Source of the DNA: Rotaria socialis
Lineage: Eukaryota
Assembly: GCA_905331295.1 (NCBI GenBank)
Contig: CAJNYD010000390.1
Coordinates: 1 to 64,000 of the forward strand
DNA length: 64,000 bases
Direction: 5' to 3'
Position 1 is the first letter of the stretch. Each line of letters begins with the position of its first letter. Of this stretch, positions 13,776 through 27,163 are shown piece by piece. Both the position numbers and the translations under genes were made by a program. The notes under the pieces are model-generated. The model did no database searches and was not told the origin of the DNA. It saw nothing but the letters and a program-made list of their open reading frames with translations.

Positions 13776-14946
13776 TTTATTACATGGGTGGTAATGGGGA
13801 CCAATCGAGAGGATACCCTCTCACTCCATGTTCAGTATATAAAGAGCGGATGAGAAGAGAAATAATATTTTTTTCGATCATAAACTGAAGAATAGTCACA
13901 GTTATCAAGAATGTACATCCAATTTTTTTTGTTGGTTACAGTCTTAGGTTAAGACTCTTAGCTAAAGCAATGCGCCTTGATTTGATCGCAATATCAAGAA
14001 AAGACTATATTTTAAGAGTAGTGAACTGAAATTTAGATCGGTGAGATAAATATTCATTTCAAACAGAAAAATTCTGTTCATGTCATAAATAAATTTTCTT
14101 TCCTTTCTGTTCACATAGAACCATCAATGATATACATTAATGCACATATTTGTGTTTTATTGAAGTTACACCAGCTGATGACCTTCTAACTTCGTCAATT
14201 AGTGTAACTTCTATACAACTTATGCACAATTCAAATACATATATCTATAGTTCTTCTATCATTACCATTTGGAATAGAAATGTGTGCGAGAACAGTTTCG
14301 TATATACACTCTAAAACAAGGTTCTTCCCGTCTGTTCGCCAGAAGAACCCTTTTAAGTTCGGTATGTTACTTGTTATTTTTAGAGTGTATGTTATTAAAA
14401 AATTTACGTGGTGGCCTAATTTCTCGGGTGAGAGGAAAGCAAAAATCATCTCACATCCTACATAGCAAAACATCCTGCAGGGCAATTTTTTCTATAGAAA
14501 ACGAGCCTTCTTCAATTATCTAATTCATTACCCCTTCCGATTCGATTACTTTTCTGATGATGCAGCTTCAGTTTTTTATGCTATTGATTCAGTATAGGTG
14601 AATATGATGACATATCCTTCTATGAATTCTTGAGAAATTTTCATTTTGAGAATGTTTTTGTTGATTAATCGATTCAATATTTGTCTAATTCTCTTACAGA
14701 AGAAGAATAGAGAATTGAGTATTTCTCATCTACCCGCTAAATCAACGAATGTTCTGTATGAATCAGTCGAAGTCATAGACTATTTTACAACTTTGTAATG
14801 CGAGTTAATTAGGAAATAAGTTTTTTTGTAAACGTGCCTAATTATCTATTTATTCACTTATACTTAAAGATACAGCTTCGAACACGTACTGTGAAATTTT
14901 ATAATATCTGTGTCTGTTCTATAAACTGGTGAACTGTGCGTCAAAA

Positions 14947-16022
14947 ATGCCACAATTGGTTTCAAAAAATATGAGATACTCTGAATTAAATGAAAAGTCT
15001 ACCATCGGTCGTTCGTGGCGCTTTTACACTGTTGCACTTATTATTAGCGGGGTTTTGATTCTATTGGCACCCAAGCTTATATGGAAGAATCCTACTGTTC
15101 AACTTATTGCATGGAAAAATCGTCTCGTTGGTTACAGTGAACATAAAGCTGCATTCATTGATTCTTCTGGTTATTTGCGATCGATTTTATCGCCCAACCT
15201 TCGATGGTGTACTGCTAATCCATTTCTAAAACCCTATAATCAAAGTGTAGTACTTGCTTTAGAACTTAAATGGGTTGCATGGCAACGCAGTCAGCTACTC
15301 ACTACATACGAAATTTTGAAAAACTATGCACTTCAAATCGGAGATTGGGGTGGTGGCATAGTTCATCTTGCATATCCACCATCATTACCGTTGCCGTGTC
15401 CTTACAAAAACAATCTGACTCGTATCGGCGGTATTCATGATGGTAAAAAGATAATATGTGGAATTGAAATTTTCACCCCGCTTACTAAGTGTATCGTATA
15501 TAGTTTGGGTTCGTTTGGCAATTTTAATTTTGAATGGGACTTGCTAAAAAAACATCTTGTGAAGTTCACACATATGATTGTACGAGTCCACCACCAGGAG
15601 GAAAGACTGAACGAATGACTTATCATCAAATTTGTTTAGGTGATACGTCAAAGTTGCAAAAATTTATGTATCCTTACAATACTCAAAAAGAAAATATCAC
15701 ATTCAAAAATGAATCACTTTTTAAACGTTTTCACACAATATTGGCCGAAAATAAACACGACGAAGTTCATATTCTTAAGATGGATATCGAAGGAGGAGAA
15801 TATTCGATATTCTCTGACTTGCTCTGCCAAACGAACAAAACTAATCTACCATATCAAATATCTTTCGAGTCACATTGGTGGAATCGTGATATATACCATG
15901 CGATACTGCATCAGAAAATGTTTGCTCAATTCTGGACAGCTGGTTATAGAATTCTACAACATGAATACAATCCGGGTGACCATACCTGTGTAGAATGGAC
16001 ATTAATGAGAGTTTTCTGCTAA
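14947..16022 (+). pseudogene. Methyltransf_22/METTL24-like methyltransferase, split by a 1-nt frameshift in an A7 run
   Basis: N-terminal TM; RIGGIHDGKKIICG...CIVYSLGS..NFNFE in one frame, continued as KKTSCEVHTYDC...HILKMDIEGGEY in the -1 frame; the frames meet at A7 15546-15552. Intronless. Confidence 0.8.
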
Positions 16023-18599
16023 CATCTATCCAATGTTAACTAGATTAGAATTTATGAAAACGAAAACAATCAGTTGTTAGTGATATTACGAAACAGATGG
16101 CTAGATAATCTCATCAAGTGGGGTTGTGAATATGACTAGGAAATATTCAATATTAAATCAAATCAGCTGAAAATAGTCTAAATGTTAAAATTTCTATTCT
16201 TTGAATTTTTATTTACTAAACAATTTTTATCGTTGTTACAAATCAATATTTTAGTAATTAGATGATAATAAAGATTTCACATTTTTATTAGCCCGTGTTT
16301 TTATTATCATTCATTGATGATAAATATAGATAGTAACCGATATGAGATTGTTCAATATGTTAGGCCTATTTTGTTGAAACGAATGAAGAATCATTGATTC
16401 AATTCAGTTTTTGAGGTTTCAGGGTGCATAATAGTTCAAATGCAGACTTTATAAAGCTCAAACTCAAATATTCATCCAGAAACACAATGCGCGAAAGACT
16501 GATAAAACAAACTAAAAGATATTGAAGCAATACTAAGCACAGTACAGGGAAGAAAAACAGATGCCGTGGAAACTGGGAACGACTTTATAATTCCATTGCA
16601 ACAAGATATACAAGTTCTACGGTTAAAACATGATAGCTACATTTCAGTTGCGGTTTTAATGAATTTCGATATTCTATATAGCCCTCTACTTGTGTAATAT
16701 TAAATTGATTAAAGTAAGTATGAAATCTTAGTTGTACTTCTCTTTTTGATATGCAATAAGTATCAAGGAAATACACTCGACATCTAGATCTATACTATCA
16801 ATTGTTTTAAAGTTATTTGTAAAATAGCGGAATAAGATATGATTTTAGTAAATAATTCAAAAGTTGTCTTGCATGAAAGAGAGATTGTTTAGAATTATTG
16901 CTGTTAATCTAATTAAGTGTCATTGTATAACATGAAGTATGCTTTTTGTACATTCAAAAAATGGATAAGAAACTGTGAATTTAATACGTACAATGAATTT
17001 AGATAAAAACGATCCATTATAACTAATAAAAAATTTGTTTTAAATTGAAATTCCATGCAAGAGTTGATTTTCATCTTACAGTATTCATATATGCGCAAAA
17101 GCAAAGGTTGCAAGTTGCTATCAATAAATATTTAGTTTTATCTGAAAATGACTATAGCTTATTGTAGAGAGACGAGAGAATTTCTTCTTCAGCAGAAATA
17201 TAGGGGGAAATTGACGGAGGAAAGATCTCACGGCCCCTTTTAACAGTAATCCAGAATTCAACTGTCCAATCTGTCAAGTGTTAAAAAAACGACGTTTTTA
17301 TACGTTAAAAGTGTACATTTAAACCCATTAAAACGTTTTTTATACTTGCTTGGCTGGATGGTGCTAATAGTATATATACTGGCGACACTGAAATCGTCGA
17401 TAAAGTGGAAATCTAGGTGAACATGTGTATGTATCTGTTATGATAATATTCTTCTATTTACAGGACAATATCGCTCGAAAAGAGGTTGCCCTTATAAAAA
17501 AAGACATTTGTCTTGTTGATGCAGGATGAGAATTATTGCGGCCATTTAGAATATATAGATCATCTAAAGTAACTCATGTTCCGTTGGCATGAACTTCGAT
17601 GCATTGGTTTTTGCAATCAAAGTTCATATTCTCTCTGTTACGTTGATAACCATCAAGATGCTTGGCAGCAGGTTTTTGATTTACCAAATGAAGCATCATC
17701 TATATTGTGCTCCTAACACGGGAATCTTATTCATTTGTTACAATATGCAATCAAAATTTTTAAAAAGATTGGATAATGCTCAAATCTTATAGAACATTCT
17801 GAGGAGAGCTAGAGATTTTTATCCATTCTCAAGAAAAATTTCATTTTGCCTTCGTTTCGCCTTTCTTTGATAGAAGCAATTTTTTAAATTTCTATTTGGT
17901 TTTCCCTGGTTTAATATATTTTCTTCAGTTTTTTAATAAAAATATTCTCACTTTAAAGCAGTATTTCAAATAAAGCTTTATACCAAATGCCATACAAAAT
18001 GATGCATTTTCACTTAAAACTAAACGTTTCCATTCGGATTTCTTTTTCTTTTAATTTAGTTATTTATGTTTTTCTGCAAACATTTATTTGGAGAAAAGCG
18101 AATGATTTTCAAAAGAATCTATTCAAAATATATCAAAAACAGTTCGATATTATTTGTCTATGATAATTAATTATTTAACAGATGCAGTTGTGAAAAGTGA
18201 GTAGTACATTGAATAGAGCTCGTCGAGTTCTATCGTGGCCTGTGGCTGGCCCAGTTTGGTCCGCTTTCTCGGAGAATTGATTCGAGAAATACTCGAATTC
18301 TGACCTAGGGTATTGTACGTGGGTGAAAACGCCACGCCACACACATTTCCTGTAGTCACCGGGATTACCACCTGATGAAGTCTAAAAGGCAGAAAGAAAA
18401 GCGGAAGCTTATATTGTTGCAGATTTGTAATACTTCTGAGAATACTAGGCATTTTGCCATATTTATTGCATTTGTTTTTATTTCACCTAAGTTTCAAACC
18501 GTAGAAGACAACGATGACTCACAGTATTTGTAAACAATAAGAATTGAATCAATTCAATTGGTTCAAAAATAACAGATGTTATTCTGCACGTATGTTCGA

Positions 18600-18673
18600 T
18601 AAGCAACACGTTTTATACGGCAAAGCGGAACAGCGGAAACTTTCTACAAAACGCGGAAGAGGTGGCAACCCTG
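18600..18673. mobile_element. Isolated hAT-like terminus (…GTGGCAACCCTG)
   Basis: Reverse complement CAGGGTTGCCAC, preceded by GCGGAA repeats; no matching left end seen. Confidence 0.35.
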
Positions 18674-19772
18674 GTACTCACACTCCTGAAAGAACAAATT
18701 CTTCTCAGAGCAAATATTTAGTTTTCCTGCTCAACTAGTACAGAAATGTTTATATGATCCGTTAGATGATAATCTCATATCTATCTCCTCCATCTTTGAT
18801 CATTTGGTTTTTGAATAAAACCAACGAGAAAAGAAAATATAATTTAACTTCTACTTTATACATTCCGGTCGAACGATTATCTGTTCTTTCGTTTTAATTA
18901 ATAAATGAATCAAAATTGAAAAATTGTTCAATATTTATTTTATTAATATTGAATACATATATATGAATTTAATTACATTTATAGATGAAATATTTAAATT
19001 GAGATGATTTTTACTGTCTTCAGAAAGAGACTCAAACGGAAATAGAATAATAATCTTTTCAATCAAATCTTATTCGATACAAAACAATGATGAGATTACA
19101 GTTGATTTATTGTTTGATGATCACCTTTTTTTTGCGTATGTCGGTGTTCGTTTAAAAGAATGCCGTAAAAGATAATCAAAAGAAAAAATTCAATAAATTA
19201 TCATTAACTTCCTTTTTTTTATTAAAAACTCAAAATAGATAAATAGAAAAACGAACAAGTTGACAAACATTACGATTGCCTTTAACGTTTATTTATTGAT
19301 ATAATTAATTAGATTTATCAATGGAATAAAAGCCGAAATTTCCACTAACAATTTCGATATTTCAACTGAATTGAACGATTAAATGATAAAATTCGATGTT
19401 TTCATAATGAAATTTGTAGTAAACGTTGAGAAAACATTGTTCAATTTTAATAACAAACAGTTGTTTATTTGTCTAAATAAAAAGAATTTCATTGAATTGT
19501 TTCATTTAAATAAATATACTAATATATTCAAATATTCATAAGGATTGTATTTATTATGTAAATCAAACTATATAAAAGGTATTCAGTTTGAAAGTCTAGT
19601 TGAGCTCAATAATATAAAATTTCATTAAAAATAAATTGCTAAATTTGACATTTTTCTCCTTTTCTCTTATCTTACAACAGATTTTTTTAGTTCTATTGTT
19701 GTGTTGCGATAAACGCGGCATCGTTGTCACTTTATATATTCAGATATACATTCAGTTGGGGATGCGTCACTC

Positions 19773-20196
19773 GGTGTTGGTGGAAAATGTCGAAATGCAA
19801 AATATCGAAGAGGAAAACGTCGAAACACAGAAATAAAAATATCCAATAGATTGTGAAAGAGAAAAATGTAGAATATATTGAAAGAGGTCAGTTGTAAAAT
19901 TGATTTTCTTTTCTTTTGATTGGTATCTCTTCGTCCGGCATATGGTATTTTACATTGAATAAAAAAAATTTTGTGGAAAGAAATATATTATTAATTGGAA
20001 AGAAAAAAAATAACGTTTTATTATATTTTCTATTCTCTCTCTTCTTTTTTATTATTATTAAAACAGTATTCATTATGGATCAAGGCTATGAATTCATCGT
20101 TCCGACATTTTTCTTTTCAAATTTTCATCTACATCTCTTTCTCATAAACTACTTACACTTTCGACATTTTCCTTTTCGACATTTTCCACCAAGATC
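19773..20196. mobile_element. MITE with 8-bp TSD (MULE- or hAT-like TSD length)
   Basis: TIR GGTGTTGGTGGAAAATGTCGAAA / TTTCGACATTTTCCACCAAGATC; TSD CGTCACTC at 19765-19772 and 20197-20204. Confidence 0.9.
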
Positions 20197-20763
20197 CGTC
20201 ACTCAAACCCTAAGCCGAATGTTCTGAATGAATCTGAACCTCAATATAAGTCGTTCGCTCTCGAAGGCGAAGTCAGATTTAAGTTTTCGTTGCATTCTTG
20301 CATTTACATAAAGAATATTTGATTACGGCTGACAAATGTCTTGCAGTAAATACCTATAAATATTTCATAGTTGACCTTTCTTTTTCCTCATTTTTTCAAT
20401 TTCTAGTAGATTCGACGATGTATCAGAGCACTTCCAATCGGAAGTTCGAAAGATACATACCCCATATTATACTACAAAAAGTTTATCATAATTGCTTTCT
20501 AATGAGCTGATGTCAAATATGAATCTATCAGTTTTATCTTGTAAGGAAATTAATGTGATGCGTACTCGCGTCACCCGCAACCACAGGGCTAGTCTCTCTT
20601 CTACTTTATTCTTCTTTACTTTTATCCAAAAACGAACTTGTATTAGGTGCAAAATTTTATTCTGCATCTCATGGCATAACCTTGAATCGGGGTCAGCGAG
20701 AAAAATGCCCACTTGACCCTAAATACCACATTTCAGACCCGATTTTCGCAGTATACCTTGCAA

Positions 20764-20970
20764 GAGGGAACCGGCAAACTTTTGGACTTGAAGTAAATTT
20801 GAGCTACTTCCAGTGGTGCACTGCAAAGTAGTTTTCAACTTCAAATTTACTTGAAGCCGCTTCAAAGTTGCAAGCTACTTGTTCTTATTTCGGACTACTT
20901 GATTGGCACTTTGAGCTGCTTGAAGCATGTACTTTGGCGTACTTTTCGACCTCAAGTCCGTGGTTTCCCC
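20764..20970. mobile_element. Possible degenerate MITE
   Basis: GGGAACC...GGACTTGAAGT versus ACCTCAAGTCCGTGGTTTCCCC; internal CTACTT/ACTTGA repeats. Confidence 0.4.
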
Positions 20971-23429
20971 CATATATTATTTGCTAATAATAGCTACAAT
21001 TATATTAATTATCTACTAATAGTATCAACAAGTAATTATAGAAGGATTAAGAGTGATTCATATAAAATATCTCATTTGATTATATATATGTAATAATATC
21101 GGCATTCGAAATTGTTGTAAAATATTTAAACTATGATTTGAATTAGTTTATGTCGAATAAATTCATAGAATTTGACAATTATTCAAATAAAATGAGAAAT
21201 GGTTTTACCAAATATCTTTTTGGTAGAATATCCAGTAAATAACTTGTTCATATCGATTGATAGAATATCTCAATCTAAAGTTTTTCTTTTCTAATGACTT
21301 TCTTTAATTTTTCTTATTTAAATAACATGCCTCCTGGTTCTTTTTAGATCTTTTTTAAATAAAACTTAAAATCAATAAGAATTACCTATGAGAATCATGA
21401 TTAAATAAGCATGAAAAAATATCTATGGAAAATTCGAAAGTAAAAATCTGATAAAATTTTACATGTAATAAATGATTATTGATTATGAAAAAGAAAATTT
21501 TACTAACGTGAGACCTCGATTATCTATGGTCAAACTAAATACAATTTAAATATTTTCTAAAACATACCCGTCCTGCAAAATTCGTTTCGAAATTTTGAAA
21601 ATCTGACTTCAGATTCGGATTCCCCGACCCCAAAAACCTATAGGAAAGTTTCATAAAAAAAACTTAGAAGCTTAGAAATAACGTCAATGATAGCCGATGT
21701 TTTTTTGACCTGCCACAAACATACAGACGCATTTTTTTTCATATGACCCTGTCTACAGTCGAGGGAATAATTTATGTATGATTTCTAACAAAGTATATTG
21801 TTCCATATCCATATGTAAAATCTATAAAAAAAATAAAAGACATTAGTAAAACCAAGTATTGAATGATGGAAAACAACAGATAACATTTGATTAATTATTT
21901 AAACTAGAAATAAAAATAAGATAGTTTCATTCTTCTTTTCTCTGGAATTGTTTTATCGTCTAGATTTAAGACCACGTTTATTGTTTAATAAGCAAAATTT
22001 ATTTTATTTTATATTAATGAATAAATAGGTTGTTAAAGAAAAATTTGTTAGTTCTTGTTTTGTTCAGACGATTGGTATATTAGACATGATTTAATTCTCT
22101 TCTTTTATTTTATTTTAATTTATTTAAAATTTAAATCAATTTAATTCGATTTCATCTCATAGTTTATCAATTTTAATTAAAAATTTGTAAATTGTGACGT
22201 TTTGTATCTCGATAAGCTACTTCCTCAGATATAAAAATTTAAGACAAATGGCATATGTACATATAAGCAAATTTTTCTTTTCTTTCAGTATTAGTCATAC
22301 TTTTGATAGCGATACAAAAAACAAGATGGTAATAGTAATAGCTAGCTAAGGATTCAATCCTTTTCCGTATCACTATAATAATGACAGAGACTATAGTTAC
22401 TAAGGTCTGTAATGGTAGCCGAAGGTTGTGGGTGTGGGTTTTCACGTATCATCTACCCACACCCTCAAAATTCTTGTGTAAACTCACGTCAACAAAAAAA
22501 AATATTAATTGAAGAGAACAAAAATAGAAATGCTCCTCACAGCTGCCTGCAAAATATTTCCTGTGTAAATAGTGATGACTTAAACTCTTTCTGTTCGCTG
22601 GCTGTTTCAGATAGAATTTTTATTCAACTTTCGTTCTTTTTCGTTCTTTGTTATTCTCTAAAGTGGAAAGAAAAATATGACTGTAATTATTGTTTTAATC
22701 AGAAGAAAATGTGAGAAATTTAAGAAAAATAGCATACAATATGATGTTTGGTTGAAATGAATGACTTGTTGTTTTGAAAGAATAGTAGCTGAGAAGAGGT
22801 GCATATAAATCTCGCCAAAATAGGCAGTTTCGATAGAAATAATGCATTGTCTTGAATAGGGGGTATAACGACTGTTAGATCAGATCAGAACTAAAACTGA
22901 ACTGTCGTGCCTCTACTGTTAGAGGAGTGATAGTAGCCCATTTCACAAAGTTAGACGAATTATCTGATTATTCGTATAATTTCTTTACATGAGAGGGATT
23001 GCCGTTTATTGTTGTTGGTGAAATGCAAGTGTTAATGCGATTAAACAGATGGTCCATATACAAATACACATTACAGTGATGAATATGGGAATGTATTAAG
23101 TATTTCTATAGAGATTATACTGAAAGATTTTTTCATGATGATCCTATATGGACACTCAAAAATCAATAAAGACAACACCGAAAACTTCATACAACGTGGA
23201 TATAATCATACTATTTTCTTCCTCCCTGTTTATGACTGTGATAAATATATTACATGAAAGTAAAAGGACACTTATATTGTTATCATGTCGAGTAGAATTA
23301 AATAATGACAAAATTTTCTTGCTTTTCTTTTTATACAAGGTTTTGATTCACCTTACGTCAGCGTTGTCGTTGAAAGCAATAGGTGATTTATAAGAAAGAG
23401 GTATAATGTCACTTTTAGACACTTATTGA

Positions 23430-23702
23430 ATGCATGCAAACTTGCTTATACTGTGCACATTCCTCTTGGTTGGCTTCACTAAAAGTGACACTGAAAAGGT
23501 ACGGATCGGTGAAGAAAATGGCAAACCAGACCGAACCAATGAAAAGATATTATCCGACTCGTCATCACCGTTTATAAGTAAACAGAAAGCAAACGAGTTT
23601 CTTTCGACAAAGCATAATCGTGAAGGCAATCAACAAGAACAGAGATATGCTCAACCAACTGACGAACACATAGAACGACCCTGCACATACAAAGAATTTT
23701 AG
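23430..23702 (+). CDS. Small secreted protein with a gamma-carboxylase-propeptide/Gla-like motif (possibly degenerate)
   Basis: Signal-peptide-like MHANLLILCTFLLVGFTKS; PFISKQKANEFLS motif; C-terminal EHIERPCTYKEF. Confidence 0.55.
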   Translation: MHANLLILCTFLLVGFTKSDTEKVRIGEENGKPDRTNEKILSDSSSPFISKQKANEFLSTKHNREGNQQEQRYAQPTDEHIERPCTYKEF

Positions 23703-25634
23703 ATTGCTACACAGTGGTCTCCTCATATCAGGTGTCAAAAACCATGCTAAGAAGAAAACAAACATTGAAATTCACTAATCTTTTATTATCACGCAAAAAT
23801 ATTAGAAGGATTAAATTCATTAAACAAAGTTGATATAGGATTTTGTAAATACATATCAAAGGTCATAAAATAACTAATCAATTTGATGAAGCCACACTTT
23901 ATTTATTTAGAGAATTAGTCTACTCCTTTAGTGCTAGTCAGAATGTAAACTATGATGTCTTATGGAATCCATTAATTGAAAAAGAACAACGAAATTTTTA
24001 AGAATATGCTCTCATAAGGGATTTTTTATAAAAGAAACTTTTAAAAACTATGATGCTAAACCTACCACATCGCGATGTCAATAAGATGTGTTTACAGAAT
24101 TTCAATCATCACATTTTAATATAATATACAAAAATTCTATGGAATACTTCGATCTGACCTAGTCAAAGTTAAAAGAGTACATGTCTCAATTTCGTTATTT
24201 TTTGTTAAACCATACCGACACTCAAGTGTATGGTCGCAGATTCATTGCATTATATTCATTTGTAGATAAAATTAAGTATACCATATGTCAATTTAAAAAT
24301 TACTTTAAACCATCAACAATCTCAATTGATTCATTATCAACAAGATCAAAAAAGAAAGCTTTTCAGCGTAGCTCCATTGGGAGTAAAATATGGAACTCAT
24401 ACATTATGAATCACTTAGATATTAATTATAAGAAATACTTTATATTTATATTTTTGATCTGGAAATAAAATAAATATGAATATATTCGATACTTTAACAT
24501 TGTCTTACTATCTAGAAAACATATTAGTTCGATTAATTGTTTTTACTTCTTATTTGGCCTGCTGAAATTGAAAAGCAATTTTTTTAACGAATAGTCTTTC
24601 CACATTGATATTTAATTAGAATTAATATCTATCGTAAATTGTTGATTTCTATCTTTATTGCTGAATACTAAAATAGTAAATCATGTTCGGAAACGATATT
24701 TAATGTGTTTAACCGATGATAGACAATCCTTACTATATTTAATCATAGGAGACGGTGGTTACTAATGGGTAATGCTAGCATACACTGGTTGCTAATGTCC
24801 GTAATAGTAAACATATACCATACAGTCGTAACTATGATCTATCATCATAAAAAGACAGATTTTGAAGGCTGCCTAGAAATTAAATCTTAATTATAATGAT
24901 ATCTAATTAGTGAAACTAGATTTAAATTACTGATATGAGTAGCGGTGAATATTGGCAATCGATCTGTATTAAAATTTGATCTGATTGGCACACATAAATA
25001 TTACTTTTTTCATTCATGTTTTATCCCTGTAATGGGGTGAGGTACAGGAGAGTTGCAAAAACCTTGCACTTAAACTTACACACTATTTTCTTCGAAGATA
25101 TATGTGCTTTCCGCAAAAGTACTGCTATGTTTGCTTCTTCTTATTCATTGAAGATTTTTCTGGAATGAAAATAATATGATAATGTCTACTGCAGTATGAA
25201 TCGCATATAGAATATCTGAGAAAATAAGAAAAATCCACATAACGTTTCCTTAACAATACTTACCTACAATTTTTATCAATTAAACAACGAATGGTAAGTA
25301 TAATTAAAGACGATAAAGACATGCTTCTTTTCTTGGATGAGACGAAAATCTCAATCATCTTATCGACGTGTTCATGCAATAAGAAAGGAAAGAAAATTTT
25401 ATACGAAACATCGTTCAAGTGATGATGTAGTCAATTTTATTTTAAATTCAATAGTCTTTGGATCGTCTGTGCCTTGATGAAGTCGATTATCTTTAAGCAT
25501 TTTCCGTATACTTTTAAATAAATTCATTGCATAGTACAACACTCATTATAATTTATTAGGATAGATGAATACAGTTAAATGTATATGAATAAATTGGGAC
25601 AGAACAACCTACACTAATTATAATGATTTCGTTT

Positions 25635-26092
25635 TCAAGAAAGAGAAAGTTTGCTGAAAATATAGATAAACGTAAAGACTATGCCAGTCATTGTAGCAAT
25701 AGAATTCCATAGCTGAGCTCTCTTAGAGGCCTTCAACGCACCTTCATAGTTGTGCTTGATTCTTAAAGATTCAGCTCTCTGTCCATAGCCATAAGCTATA
25801 CATCCAAAACATAAACAGCAGCAAAAAATATTGAAAACAGACCAACATATATAAGATTTAATATGATCCATCGACCTAGTTGGAGTTGATTGTAAGTTGA
25901 TAACTGCTGGTGTATTTTGCTTTTGATATCTTGATTGAGATTGCTCATGCACTTGGATAGGATTTTCTGTGCTGGGGAATAATATTCCATAAGGGGTGGT
26001 TCCATAAGAATATCAGTTTCTTGAGTTTTTTCTTTAAATTCAACCTCTTGAACTAAATTCGATGCAGAAACTTCGTTGCCAGTATTTGCCAT
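25635..26092 (-). pseudogene. CD225/dispanin (IFITM/PRRT-like) gene with a 1-nt frameshift
   Basis: SYICWSVFNIFCCCLCFGCIAY...GALKASKRAQLWN plus C-terminal TM is typical of CD225; ATG at 26092 is out of frame, and one extra C in the C4 run at ~25993-25996 restores MEPPPYGILFPSTENPIQVHEQ. Confidence 0.8.
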
Positions 26093-26118
26093 TATCTATG
26101 AAGATGATTGTACAATTA

Positions 26119-26391
26119 CACTGAAAAAAAATACTCTACGAAACTTAAAAAGGTTCCGAGATTTGCAACGAATTCGAAACCCTTTTGCGATGTCGTACGG
26201 AACCTTCAAAGTTCCGTATAGTCTCACGAAACCTGTGTCGGAGTCTCCGATATCTTTAAGGGTTTTGTGAGACTTTACGAAACCCTTGAAGAACCTCGAA
26301 GGTTCCGCATGATAAAGAAAAATGGTTTCGAATTCGTTGCAAATCTCGGAATCCTTTTAAGTTTTGTAGAGTGCTTATTTTTTTTTCAGTG
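26119..26391. mobile_element. Foldback MITE with CACTG...CAGTG termini and TA TSD
   Basis: ~65-bp TIRs (CACTGAAAAAAAA...GAGATTTGCAACGAATTCGAAACC / GGTTTCGAATTCGTTGCAAATCTC...TTTTTTCAGTG); TA on both flanks. Confidence 0.92.
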
Positions 26392-27163
26392 TATTGGATT
26401 AGCAACAAAAGGACTATGTCAAGAGAAAAAAACGATGTTTGGATCATTTATGCTCTCTTCCCTGATGCTTGTTCTTGAGAAGATGAAAATCGCAGAAAAC
26501 CAAAATGCTATTTCTGAAAGAAAATTTTCTGTGAAATCATGAATATAATTTCTTGCATTAGGTGAACTTTTTCATTTCTCATAAACATGCTTACTTGTCA
26601 GCGGAATAAATTTTGTGTTTTTACCATGCTAAGTATGCTTCATTGAAAAATTTATAATCAACGAAAAAATGCCATTTCCCACAGAAAAACCTTTTAGAAG
26701 TATGAATTTGTGTTTAAATTTACCGATCATATAATTTCGTCTACTAATAGTTTATAAAAAGCGAGCTATTTTCGTTTCCTCTGTGTAGTCATCTGCCAGT
26801 TAGATATTTTGGATTGACCAAATAGAAGGTGTGATGGAAGTAGAAAATATCAACTTCGTAAAGAAATTTGCGTGAGATTTAGTGGTTATCAGAAAAAAAG
26901 TACATAATAATGAAACAGATTCAAGGTGTAATGGAAGCTCAGACAAATGATAGAAGAGAATACTCGAGCACACGTTTTCTTTCTATTACTATGGTGTGCA
27001 TATAATAATTCAATATCCAGATATATTTACTAGTTGCTCCTTCACTCTTTTTTTTCTATCTCTACTGTTATTCTATCTGAATGAGTTCTTCTTAAAAAAA
27101 AAACAGCGATAGAGAAAAAGGATTAGGCAATGCAAGCAAAATAAAATAAATTTTGGTGATTAT

